From NCBI RefSeq assembly GCF_009914755.1, contig NC_060925.1: 64,000 nt of DNA; one strand, written 5' to 3'. The number at the start of each line of letters is the position of its first letter. Within the stretch, counting starts at the first letter, position 1. The notes below the pieces were generated by a model, which saw nothing but the letters and a program-made list of their open reading frames with translations, did not search any database and was not told the origin of the DNA. This document shows positions 1-13,279 of this stretch, one piece after another. Origin of the DNA: the human T2T-CHM13v2.0 reference genome, Homo sapiens. Made by a program: the position numbers and the translations under genes.

Positions 1-269
1 TAGTAGGGCAGATCACAACCAATCAGCTACAAGATATTTTCAATTTTTCATTTGAATTGTCTTTAATATGCATTTCCTCCTTCCCCTTCCCATAATCTTG
101 ATTGAAGATCCTAATCATTTCAACTATAAGTAACACAAACTCTCTGGCTTCTCTATCTCTATTTGTCCTTTCTTCTCTTGCCCTTCCTGCTCTCAACCAT
201 CTTTTTGCCAACGTAATAACTCAAAGATGAGTTTTCCTTCTCTCTGCAAAGTTTAAAGTGGTTTCCCAT

Positions 270-797
270 TTGATGGTTTTGAAACACACTCCAAAAATTC
301 TTTGACACCCTCCCCAGAAAGAGGCAAGGTCTATGTCCCCTACCCTTAATTCTGTTTTAACCAATGAGGTACAGCAGAAGGAATGTATGTGATTTTCCAA
401 ACTTGGTCAGTAAAGGCCATGTAGGTCTACCTGATTTTCTTAGGATTCTTCCCCTGGGGGAAGCCAGATACCCCCTAAGAGGTCTGACTCCCTGAGATCC
501 CCATGTTATACCGGGTATGTGCAGGGTCTCCTGTTGATAGCCTCAGCTGAGCTCCCAGCCGGGAGCCAGCATCAACTACTGCCATGTGAATGAGCCATCT
601 TGGGCATCCAGCCTAATCAGCCTTTAGATGGTTATAACCTCAGCAGGTATCTGACTGCAATCTAGGAGAGACCCAAAGCAAAAACTTCATAGTAAGCCCT
701 TCCCAAAGTCTAACCTACAACACTAAGTAAGTTAAATGGTTACTGCTTTACATTTCTAGTTTTAGGTAATTCATTATGCAACATTATAACTGAAACA
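270..797 (+). mobile_element. MaLR LTR (MLT1-type)
   Basis: MLT1-like motifs (gccatgtgaatgagccatcttgg...ccagcc; 3' end ...ataactgaaaca). Confidence 0.6.
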
Positions 798-984
798 CCC
801 TTATTTAGGCATGAAAAAATTAGGACTGCCAACATATATATAGTTTTTTAATTATAGAGAAAAATAAAGTGAACACATGTCCAAGATCAATCTAATTCAT
901 GAATGAAAAAGCACATTTGTAAAGATCATCTACAAAAACGTGTGAGACACTGGTGTTTATATGCACTGAAGAAGGAATGCTGGA

Positions 985-2018
985 TGTGTCTTTATAATAG
1001 AAAAATTCATGTTCCTTTGGGTATACACCAAGTAATAGGATTGCTAGGTTGAATGGTATCTATATTTAGGTCTTTGAGGAGTTGCCATACTGTCTTCCAC
1101 AATGGTTGAACTAATTTACACTCCCACCAACAGTGTATAAGTGTTCCTTTTTCTCCACAAACTTGCTAGCATGTTATTTTTTGACTTTTTAATAATAGCC
1201 ATTTTTATGGGTATGAGATGGTATCCCATTGTGGTTTTGATTTGTATTTCTCTAATGATAAGTGATGTTGAGCTTTTTTCCATATGATTGTTGGCCACAT
1301 GTATGGCATGTCTTCTTTTGAAAAGTGTCTGTTCATGTCCTTTGCCCACTTTTTAATAGGGTTGTTTGGGATCTTTTTCTTGTAAATTTGTTTAAGGTTT
1401 TTATAGATGCTGGATATTAGACTTTTGTCAGATGCATAGTTTGCAAACATTTTCTCCTATTCAGTAGGCTGTCTGTTCACTCTGTTGATAGTTTCCTTTG
1501 CTGTACAAAAGCCCTTTAGTTTAATAGATCCTACTTGTCACACATGTATGCATATGTTCACTATAGCATATATTCACAATGGCAAAGACATGGAGTCAAC
1601 TTAAATGACCATCAATGGTAGACTGAATAAAGAAAATATAGTACATATACACCATGGAATCCTATGCAGCCATAAAAAAGGAGATAATGTCCTTTGCAGG
1701 AACATGGGTGGAGCTGGAAGCTGTTATTCTTAGCAAACTAACACAGGTACAGAAAACCAAACATTGCATGTTCTCATTTATAAGTGGGCTCTAAATGATG
1801 AGAACACATGGGCACATAGAGGGGAACAACACACACTAGGACCTATCAGAGGGTAAAGGGTGGGAGGAGGGAGAGGATCAGGAAAAATAACTAATGGATA
1901 CTGGGTTTAATATCTGGGTGATGAAATAATCAGATAATAAACCCCCATGACTCAAGTTTACATATATAACAAACCTGCACATGTATCTCTGAACTTAAAA
2001 TAAAAGTAAAAAAAAAAA
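985..2018 (+). mobile_element. 5'-inverted L1 (older L1PA/PB) 3' end: inverted part 985-1540, sense part 1541-2018 with poly(A)
   Basis: ORF2 C-terminal homology on the minus strand (ORFs 1116..1349, 1205..1450), then sense 3'UTR ending aataaaagt(A)n. Confidence 0.85.
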
Positions 2019-3845
2019 GTTGGAATAAAATTGCTGGGTTAAACACAAAACTTGTCAATGTCCTACAGGGAAATAAAATCTTAATCTTTGCAGTTACTTT
2101 CTTCCAAATAAAATTATTTGCACATGTGCTGGAAAAAATCTATAAGTTATGTTTCTTCACAGACTCTGGACCTTAAACAACAGAAAACACTGAGTCAAAC
2201 AATAGTGCACTTCCACAGAGAATTAAATAATCCTTGGGTATGGCTATTACACAATGCACTCCAATGTAATATTGAAAGAACACACAGCTAACAATTTGTC
2301 TAAGTTTTTAATATTTTTAATAGGATCTACACTAGATCTCACCTTTTCATAAAGGTCTTTTAAAGGTTGAAAACAACCCAGGTATAAGTGGTGAAGCAGT
2401 GGAGATTCAATCTCCGTGACAGACAGTGAGAAAGATTTTTAAGGGAGGAGTCTATCCTAGCACCTTCAAATGACATCATGACATCACCCGTCTCCTCCTT
2501 GTATTGTGACTGTCATTTAGCAAAATTTGTGGTTTTCAAATATTTTGGGGGTTAGAGAACCAACTGGGTATCTTTCCACTGGAAATAATGGGACTCTTAA
2601 TAGTGAAGAAGACTGTGTTTGGGAAATGTCCTGAGAATTGGATTTTCAGATTCCATCACAGAGTGATGTATTTAATCTAAGCAGGAAATATTTGCATGGA
2701 AAAGCAGAGCATGCACAGGACTAGAAATCCCTTTTTCAAGCTACCACTTAGTAGCTGAATCACTTCATCTCCCTAAAAGCTGGTTTCCTGAGCTGCGAAA
2801 TGGGGCCAATAGTACTTTTCTTACTCAGAGAGAGCTTTGGAAATGGGACAGCTCTGTTCACAAGTAAAGGATTACTATTATTACCTATGTGAAAACACAA
2901 ATGGTAGAAAAGGAAAAAATTCATTCAAGCAGCTTGCTGTGTCAATGCAGCCCCGCCCAACTGGCTAGACCAAAAATTTTTAGTGTAACTGACTACTACC
3001 CATGGAATTGCCTGAGTGAACATGTTGTTTTGACATCTACTGACAGGGGTAGCTCCAGAAATCCCCTCTTTACCCCAGCAATGACTCATAAAAAGGGCTC
3101 AGAAAAAAAACAAGAATGAGCTGGGGAAGTCTCCTGAGGCTTTAGCAGACTGGGTCAAAAATTGAGCCTCCAGGAAGGAAGGAAGTGCTAAGGCAGGCTT
3201 TGGATTTGCACAGAAGTGAACTGAAACATTGGCTCTGCCACTGTGTGGCCCTGTGATCAGGAAAGTGCCATACTCTCTCTGAGTTTAGTGTCCCCATCCA
3301 AAAAAATGAAGAAAATAAAACTCATTTCAGTGAATTGATGGGAAATTTGAAATGGTGACAGAAAAATATCAGAGATTTCTTCATACGGTAGGTAATTAAG
3401 GAAAAACCCAAATTCCCATCGGTGGCAGAATGAATAAATGCATGTTGGTATATTCACATAAGAGAATATAATCAGCAGTAAAAGAAATAAAGTTCAGCTC
3501 TATGTGCCAGAGTAACTGAATCTTTACAATGTAATAATAAATATACATGTCTGAATTATGCATCCAACAAAGGAGTAACATCCAGAGTCTACAAGGAACT
3601 CAAACAAATTAGCAAGAAAAACAAACAAACAAACAAAAAACAGCAAAAAAAACAAATAATCCCATTGAAAAGTGGGCAAAGGACAAGAATGGACATTTCT
3701 CAAAAGAAGATATACAAATGGCCAAGAAACATGAAAAAATGCTCAACATCACTGATCATCAGGGAAATGCAAATTAAAACTGTAATGAAATACTGCCTTA
3801 TCTCAGCCAGAGTGACCATTAAAAAGTCAAAAAACACTAGATGTT

Positions 3846-4008
3846 CTAATGCCATCTGTCCCCCCTCCCCCTACCTAATGTAAATGACGAGTTAATGGGT
3901 GCAGCACACCAACATGGCACATGTATACATATGTAACAAACCTGCACGTTGTGCACATGTACCCTAGAACTTAAAGTATTATATATATATATATGTATAT
4001 ACACACAC
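3846..4008 (+). mobile_element. Miniature L1PA 3' end with 26-nt 5' inversion
   Basis: Flanked by TSD AAAAAACACTAGATGTT (3829-3845 and 4009-4025); contains tacctaatgtaaatgacgagttaatgggtgcagcacacc. Confidence 0.85.
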
Positions 4009-4305
4009 AAAAAACACTAGATGTTGGTGTGGCTGTGATGAAAAGGGAATGCTTATACATTGCTGATGGGAATGTAAATTAGTACAACCTCTATGAAAAA
4101 CAGGATGGAAATTTCTCAAAGAACTAAAAGTAGATCTACCATTTGATCCAGCGATCCCACTACTGGGTATCTACCCAAAAGAAAAGAAGTCAATATATCA
4201 AAAAGTCACCTGTAAATGTATGTTTATTGCAGTATAATTCACAATTGCAAAGATGTGGAATCAACTTAACTGCCCATCAACTGAAGAGTGGATTAAAAAA
4301 ATGTG

Positions 4306-4308
<3 letters not shown>

Positions 4309-4359
<51 letters not shown>
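4309..4359. repeat. (TA)25 microsatellite
   Basis: Read directly. Confidence 0.97.
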
Positions 4360-4361
<2 letters not shown>

Positions 4362-5467
4362 AATACTACCCAGCCATAATAAAGAACTAAATAATGTATT
4401 TTACAAACTGGAGGCCATTATTCTAAGTGAAGTAACTCAGGAATTGAAGACCAAATGCCTCATGTTCTCACTTATATGTGGGAGCTAAGCTATGGGCACG
4501 TAAAGGCAGACAGAGTGATACAATGGACATTAGAGACTCAGAAGGCAGGGGGATTGGGGAGGTATAAAAAATTACTTATTGGGTGCAATGTACACTACTT
4601 GGGTGATGGATACATTAAAATCCTAGACTTCACCACTGTACAATCCGTCAGTGTAACCAAAAACCACTTGTACCCCTAAAGCAATTGAAATTTTAAAAAT
4701 TTAAATAAAAATAAATAGTATATATATTATATATGTGTCTGTGTATATATACACAAGCATATATACTTAGTATATGTATATGGTCTATGTAATAGTATGT
4801 CTGTATAAATGGTATATTAAAATAAGGAGATAGACATAACAGGAGTTAGGAGAGTTAGAAAAGGGGTTAATTTGAATGGGAAGACAGAGAGGATGGAAGA
4901 AAAGGAACACGTGGGAAAGTATAAGTAGGTGCCAATGTTCTAGTTTTAATGTTTGGTGGCAGGTTCATCAAATACAATATTTATGTTATTATTAATAAAA
5001 TAAAAGGTGCACATAATGAGAGTATATCATGAACTAAAAGTTGCAATTAATTAAATTCTGGTGCAATAACAACACAGAACAGTCATGCTAAAAATACTGT
5101 TGTTTCCTTTCTGCGTTTCTTCTCCTAGAATTTTTTTTTTAAAGGAAAAGTACTTTTTAAAATGTAGTTCATTTTCTCCACACTGTATCCACAGTCTTTT
5201 GTCCCATAAGTCTTTAATTAAAGCTAAGACAATCATTGGTTTAGGCATATTTAATGGTTTCTGTCTTTGAAAACTGCATTCTTTATATAGTTGTTTGCTT
5301 CTCATCTTCATAATCAGTCTTTCTAACTCCTATTTCCCACTTGTTTATATAATGGAATAAGGTAAAATGCAGTAAGATATTCAAATAACTGAAAAGAAAA
5401 TGATATTGTACAGGCAAAATGAAGTCAAGAGCAGAGCCTACACATAGGTCCTTCACAGTCTCACCCT

Positions 5468-5874
5468 GATATGGTTTGGATGTTTGTCCCTCCAAATCTC
5501 ATGTTGAAATGTGATTCCCAGTGTTGGAGGTGGGGTCTGCTGGGAGGTGAGTGGGTCATGGGGACAGATCCCTCATGAATGGTTTAGCACAATTTTCTTG
5601 GAGATAAGTGAGTTCCTGTTGTAATAGTTGTTTAAAAGAGGTTCTTTAAAAGAGTGTGGCACCTCCCCGTTTCTCGCTCTCACTCTGTGATTCGTTGGCT
5701 CTCCTTCACCTTCCACCATGATTGAAAGCTCCCTGAGGTCCTCACCAGAAGCTGAGCAGATATTGCTTCCATGCCTGTACAGCCTGCAAAGCTGTGAGCC
5801 AGTTAAACCTCTCGTCTTTATTAATTACACAGTCTCAGGTATTCCTTTATAGTAACACAAAAATGGACTAATAG
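5468..5874 (+). mobile_element. MaLR solo LTR (MSTA/MSTB-type)
   Basis: Starts tgatatggtttggatgtttgtccc; ends ...ctttatagtaacacaaaatggactaata. Confidence 0.8.
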
Positions 5875-6360
5875 AAACCCCAAACTCAGATTCATCTCTC
5901 AACACAATTTCCGTCTAGTCTAGTCATACTGAAAGTCTTACTCTTCCCAAACACATCATAACTGTTTATGCCTCTATTCCAGCCCCCTTCTGGAATGTCT
6001 TTATCACCATTTTTTTTCTCTCTCAGAAAATTCCTACTCTTTGTTGAGAACCACACTTAAATATTACTTCCTCTGTGAAGTATTCCTGAACGCCCCCAGG
6101 AGACTTTGTTGTTATCTCCTCTATGCTGCTATATTACTTGAAAAATACCACTATTGTAGCCTTTAAGACAGTTGTTGTAATCATTTTGTTCACACTTGGC
6201 CCCTCTAACTCCTGTAAGGAAATATTAGAACTACTTCACTCAGAAGCGTCGACGCTCTACAGAGTATAAACAAAAACTTGGGTGACTGAGTGATTATTAT
6301 ATTAAATATTTCATACCTCTTCTTCTTGCTGGCAATTCTTCAATTGTAGTGTGGTGCTAA

Positions 6361-6717
<357 letters not shown>

Positions 6718-7659
6718 GAGAAGGGGGTTTTATGTGGAGCCTTGGAAGATAAGAAATACATATATAGAAAAGGGAGAATCCCCTCTGCTGACTCTATCCG
6801 TCTCTAGTTGTTATCTTTCTTCATCTCTGTCTGGAAGACTCATCTTCATCCCAGCAACAAACGTAACTGAGTCCAAATAGGGAACAGATTACTGGCTTGT
6901 GAGAGAGCCTCACAGGAACCATGCAAGCAAATACTTGTAGACACAACTTTTGCTGGCCTGGGAAAAGCTTCCGGAGAAGGAAAGCTGCAAGATATTTTTA
7001 GGTTACTTCTATTTGATGAAATATATTGCCTCTTCTGAAATGTGTATGGATGGAAAGGAAGGGAAGTCAGTGTGACTAATTCAGATAATAAGAGGGGTCA
7101 GTTAGGCAGTGAATGCTATGGGAGCTCCTATTAAATAATATCCTGCTATTCAAGGTGAAGCATACTCATGAGCAAATGCTGCAGGCTATTAAGAAAAGAT
7201 AGCATGGTGTAATGACTAAAGTTCGGGAGTTGGTATTATATCTGAGCTCAAATCCATGTGTCAGATACCTAGACAAACAGCCTCATAAGTAACCAAACTT
7301 TTTTGACTATTTAGTTCATCATCGATTAAATGGGAAGGAAATAACATCTACTTCATAGAATTGTTGTAAGATTAAAGGAGATATAAAAACAATCAGTACA
7401 TTAGAAGTGTTCAGTAAATGGTAGCAATTACTGTTATTTAAACTCTGAGTTTCTGTTTCCTGGAGAAGAAAATATGGTGAGGGGCAGACAATATTACTTA
7501 CTTCACAGAAGGGTTAGATGAAGAAATCTTTAGTTAAAATATTTAGGATAGTATTTAGCACATAGCTCAGCATTCAGTGAATATCTGAATCAAGATAAAA
7601 TGAGGAAATTGATCTAGGGTTTCTTAATTTTTTCAGGAGTATAAAGCTAGCTGTGGACC

Positions 7660-7662
<3 letters not shown>

Positions 7663-7730
<68 letters not shown>

Positions 7731-7732
7731 AA
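7663..7732. repeat. Compound microsatellite (TC)n(AC)n
   Basis: Read directly. Confidence 0.95.
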
Positions 7733-10700
7733 CATTTTGAATAAAATTTTAGTGACTCTCTGAATTCTATTAAAAAAAATGGCATCCCTGGATACCCAGG
7801 TTTAAAAATCTCTGATTAAAATAAAGATATAAAATACAGGCTACAAGAAATGAAGATTGTGTAGGTGATGGTTTCTTCCTTTAAGAGAATGAGTCCATTA
7901 TTCATTTTTAAAACTCAATTAACTGAGTTAGGCACAGCCTTAAGTGTAAATTAATAAACCCCTTTTGTGGAGGACACAGGAAACAATGGCAAATATTCAA
8001 TCTTTACTCTTCAAAGTTGGACTGGTTTATTTTCTGCCCTTTTTGAACGTGCTATAGATTTTAATCCCCTTTTGGCCTTTTCTTTTGAAGAGAGCTAATG
8101 GAATTGTACCCCCTCTGTCCTCATTTTCCATTCCTCAACGTGTCTGGGCTTTTGCCTCCAAAGGTTAACATTGCTATGAAGTAATGTAATTCTTTATTGC
8201 TATTTAGACAGATTTATTCAGAGCTCTATCTGCACAGACATCTGTTAAGCATAGTGAATGTGACATCCAGAATTTCCCAGTGGGGCTGGATATTATATTT
8301 ATAGTAGCCAAACTCAAAACTAAAACACAAAAATCCTCAAAACCTCCATAAATTTGGATTTAACTAGAATTGAACAACAATGTGTTTCAAATAATTTTCT
8401 AATTAGGGTAGGAAAATGCCTCTGAAGTAAGAAAGTTAGGCATTGGTCTAGCCACACATAGAGATGAGCTCAGTTTCAATTAATTTGCCTTACATTGGAG
8501 CACTGAAGTTAACCTTACCCATCATTTCTGGGTTGGATAAAATGTGCAGATTCGTAGAGTCACAAACACTGAGGTTTAAGAAAGACATTAAAATGGCATT
8601 CATGTGCTCATAGCAAGCATCAGTAATTGATCACAGCACAATTTCTTCCTGCAAGAAAGGTAGCCACTATCAATCATTTGGAACTGCCATGGGAGTAGAA
8701 ACCTATTTGCCATATCTGGTATTCTAAGGAATGCACTTAGGAAATATTCTTGTCACCATCTCCACACTCAAGACCCTCTTATGAAAAGGACCTACCAGTG
8801 CTCTGTTCCATCTTGGGGCTGTAGAACTTTCTTATATTCAAACATCAAAATTTACCTACTACTTTAAAACTGATTTCCTCCTGGGGGGAGAGGGGGACAA
8901 AACACATCTAATCCCTCTCCCAATTAACATTCGGCAGGCTCTTTAATTAATTCCTTCATTTACTATTTCTTGAGCATTAACTATATCATAGGCACTATGC
9001 CAGACAGTTGGGGTATCATGATGAGCAAGATAGATCCCTGCTGTCACAGAGCTTCTAACTCCCCAGGGAAGAAGAGATTTGACGACAGCCATGATTCTTC
9101 TGGTCTCCTGGCTAACCACTCCCAATTCTGTAAACACTTGTATGAAGTGCCTTCACTGTCCTGCTCAGGCTCCTCTAAATTTGCTGTAATTGGTCTAGGA
9201 CCCTCTCAAGGGGCGTAGCCTAAATAACACCAGGAGGAAGGCTGGGAAGAGTAAGGCTTGTCACTTCTGGCCCAGATTAAGTACTTTTTCCTGTGAGTTC
9301 CTGAAGTCCTCCTCCTCATCAACCTTTTATCTGATTCCCCAGCTGCTCTATGGGTAGGAGATGGAGGGCAATGACTAGACAATCTGAATGAGCTGGAATG
9401 GTTATCAGTTTCAGCCTGATTTAGGGCATTCCCATTACAGGCATACTTACTAATTGAGACCCTGGACTTCCAAGACCAACAGACCTGTGCTTGAGTCTCA
9501 GCTTTTCCACTTACTAACTTAAGCTAGCAAGCCCAACTTTGCGAGTTTGTGACCTGTGCAGTCATATGTGGTTGGGGGTGGGGGTAGGTGAGCAAGCTCA
9601 GGGGAATTCTGAATTTGGTTTAGTGCTCTGCTATCACTGTCTTGAAATTCCTAATAATTTGCTAACATGAGGCTTTGCATTTTTATTTTGCACTAGGCCC
9701 CACAAATTCTATAGCTGGTCATGTAAGCAAGTTACTTAATGTCTCTGAGATTTAATGTCTTCATCTAAAAAACAGGGGTGATGATGCTACCTACTACACA
9801 GGTTCTAGTGAGTTTTATATGAGGCAATGTGTACTATGCCTTTCCCTAGTAATCCCCCCACCAATGTAAGTCAATGGAATTTTTATTTAGAATATCTGAC
9901 ATGAAATATTCTGAATTTAGTATATATGCTGCCAAAGTGAGTATTTCTAAATTCTATGTACCATTAATTACCTTTTTTTTTTTTTTTTTTGTACTTCTTC
10001 TATTCTCCTAGCTATATAATAGATGTTTGGGAAAGAGGAGTTAACTTTTCTTTTTAACTGGGCATCTGATTTCTTTGGTTGCCTGTGACAAAAATGGCTT
10101 CTGGCTAACTTATGCAAAAGGGAATTTTTGGAATGATAACATAATTGCAAAACAGACAAAAACAATAGCAACACTGGAGAATCAGGCTTGGAGAGACAGC
10201 TTCCTTCCGAGGTGGAAGAGTTTTGGCAGCGGTAGAAAGCATGAACTCCTACCATTTTCAGTCGCTTTGTCACTCTGCTGAAGATTCACATTCCAGAGAT
10301 GGGTATCCATGGCGTGGCTTGGTTCACATGCTCACCTCCAGGCTAGGAAAAGGCTGGGCATGTAATTACAGCAGTCCTATAGACTACGGGTGGAGGGGAC
10401 TCACCAAAATATAAATGACAGGCTGATATGAAGGGGAAATAGGTCCAGAAAAATAAAAACAAAATAACAAATCTTCTGAGTGCCTGCTATATACCTGGTG
10501 CTCTGCTAGGGGCTTTCATAGAGTATTCATTTACCTGACATACAGTGCCTAATATGAGTTGAGCACTCTGTAAACACTTGTTGAATACACGAATGAGTGA
10601 GTGAATTATTGAACCCTCGCACAACTCTTAGAAGTAGATATTAGTCCCATTTTTCAGAGGAAGAAACCGAAACTCAGGGAACTTAAATAGTTTGCTTAAA

Positions 10701-11873
10701 ATTATACAACTAGCAAGTAGCAGAGTTGATATTGAAACCCGGTTCTCATTCCAAAGCTTATGATTGTTATGCCACTGCATGCTGGCAGCCTTTCTTAAGG
10801 TATATGTGGGGACTGCTTTAAACCTCTGTACCTTCTGCTGTGCCTCCCCAAATCACAGGAGCTGATGGATTCTAGAAAGTTTATCTGGGCCGGGGAAGGT
10901 TCATTTTGTGGTTCTCTACTAATTTCAGAAAGGAATGTGTCACAAGGCATGTGACTCTGAGTAAGACACCTGAATCTCCTCAACATTAAGTGGGTATAAT
11001 ATAATAATGGTTATCTCCCCATAAAGTTTTCAGTAGATTGGTGAAGAGTATGTTTATAAAGCTCTGGTATAGTTTCTATACATGGAAAGCCCTCAGAAAT
11101 GACAATTAATCGATAGTCTCAAAAAAAGTATAGAGAAACAGGAAGAAAGTACTGGGGGAGGCATCAGGTTTCAGAAAGTTAAGACTCCACTAGATAAACT
11201 ATCATTTTACATATATCTTAGAAAGAAAAAGCATTGTCAGTTCAACTATGACATACTGTATTACTTTGAGTTTCCATTTTGTATTATTAATACTGAGAAA
11301 ATATTTTTTAGACTGTAGACATAACTTTTAAAATGAAAATCTCTTTTAGACTTTTTCAGACATATACTCTAATCATATATTGCCCCTTTGTATATGTAAA
11401 AAGGAAAATGTAAGCAAAATTCATTAAGACTAAGACTTCACATTTTGAATGGTTCACCTCTTCTGAAGCACTTTTTAACTCAGTTATTGATGTGTTTCTC
11501 CTCACAATATTGTCAACTGAGCCATCAAAAGTATTGAAGAATGCAGAATTTCTTTAAAGAGTGCTACACTGTTGTCTTGGGAATGTTCTGTCAAGCCACT
11601 GATATCAATTCACAAAATTTGATGCTGATGCTATCTTTTTTGATTTTACTGTAAGATACCAGTGGAAGTTTTCCAGACAGTAACTGTAACTTGCATTTGT
11701 TTCTCCAAAGGTCTATAGGTGGTTTGTTGATTAAAACATCAATGGCTTTAGTTGTCTAGTCATTCTGTCCAAGAATTATAACCAAGTACTTGTAGGCAGG
11801 CAGTGATGCTATAGCATTGGTAATTTGACATCATCGATTATAAGGTATGCCCTGATTTCAATGTTAAATGTTA

Positions 11874-12229
<356 letters not shown>

Positions 12230-13279
12230 TCACAGAATACATGAAATATGGCCGTAGAAAAGTTCTGGGAATTAGATGTTTTCAGGCCTTGTATTCTATA
12301 TCTTGCTTTGTCACACTAGCTTATGACTTCAGAAAATTTTCAAATGTTTGAAGGTATAACCTTGTTGAATCCCCTCACTTCACAGATAAGAAAACTAAAG
12401 TGCAAAGAAGTGTTGCAACTTAAATTATCCAAGGACACTCTGAGTAGGATAGGCTGACTTGGGTTCCTCTGTCCTGTTCATTCTGCTTCACTGTTTCCAT
12501 GAAAAAAGGATTATTCCAGAAGAGTACAAAGTATTGGCAATAATTTGCACTCTATCTAGAAGCTCCACAATGTTCTCTAATCACTCACTATCTATTCTGG
12601 GCATCTCCAACTGCTTTAGTCTTTCTTGGCCTTTAAATCCCAAATCAAATGTCACCTCTGTTGGGATGTGTTTTTTTTTTTTTTTTTCAAGAGCCTTTCC
12701 CATTCTTTATCTCCCCAAGCAAGTAATTGCTCCAGGTTTTGTGGTTCCACAGCACTTAATTCCTAATACTCTCATAAAAATCACCACATTGTTAGATTTT
12801 AATTTGTTTCAAAATCTTTTTTAAAAACTTATCAAAAAATCTCAAACATATGCAAAGTAAATAGAATAGTTTAATTAACCTGTGTTCCCATCATACAACT
12901 TCAACTATAAACTTCCTGCCATTACTAATTCTTCTATACATCCCATCACTCTTTACCCCCAAGTAAATTATGCATTTGATGTAAAATTTATATATAATGA
13001 AATGAACAATTACAAATAGATATGTTCATGTAACTCACAAACCTATCCATGTTTTGAACATTTTCAATACTCCAGAAAGTTTTCTTATGTTCCTTCACAG
13101 TTTGGCTCCCCCAACCTCTTCTACTCTCTCAAGGCAATTATCAAATGACTTTTTTTCCACTATAAATTAGTTTAGATTGGATTAGACTTCACATAAATTA
13201 TAAATTTTAATTAGTTTAGATTCGATTAAAACGTCACATAAATGCAATCACATAGATATGTGCAAAGAATTTCATTAAG

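Larger units (their letters stand above)
3577..4720 (+). mobile_element. L1 (L1PB/L1MA-type) ORF2 end + 3'UTR, interrupted by a small L1PA insert
   Basis: [16 protein letters not shown] motif of L1 ORF2; typical 3'UTR; A-rich tail near 4690-4720. Confidence 0.85.
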
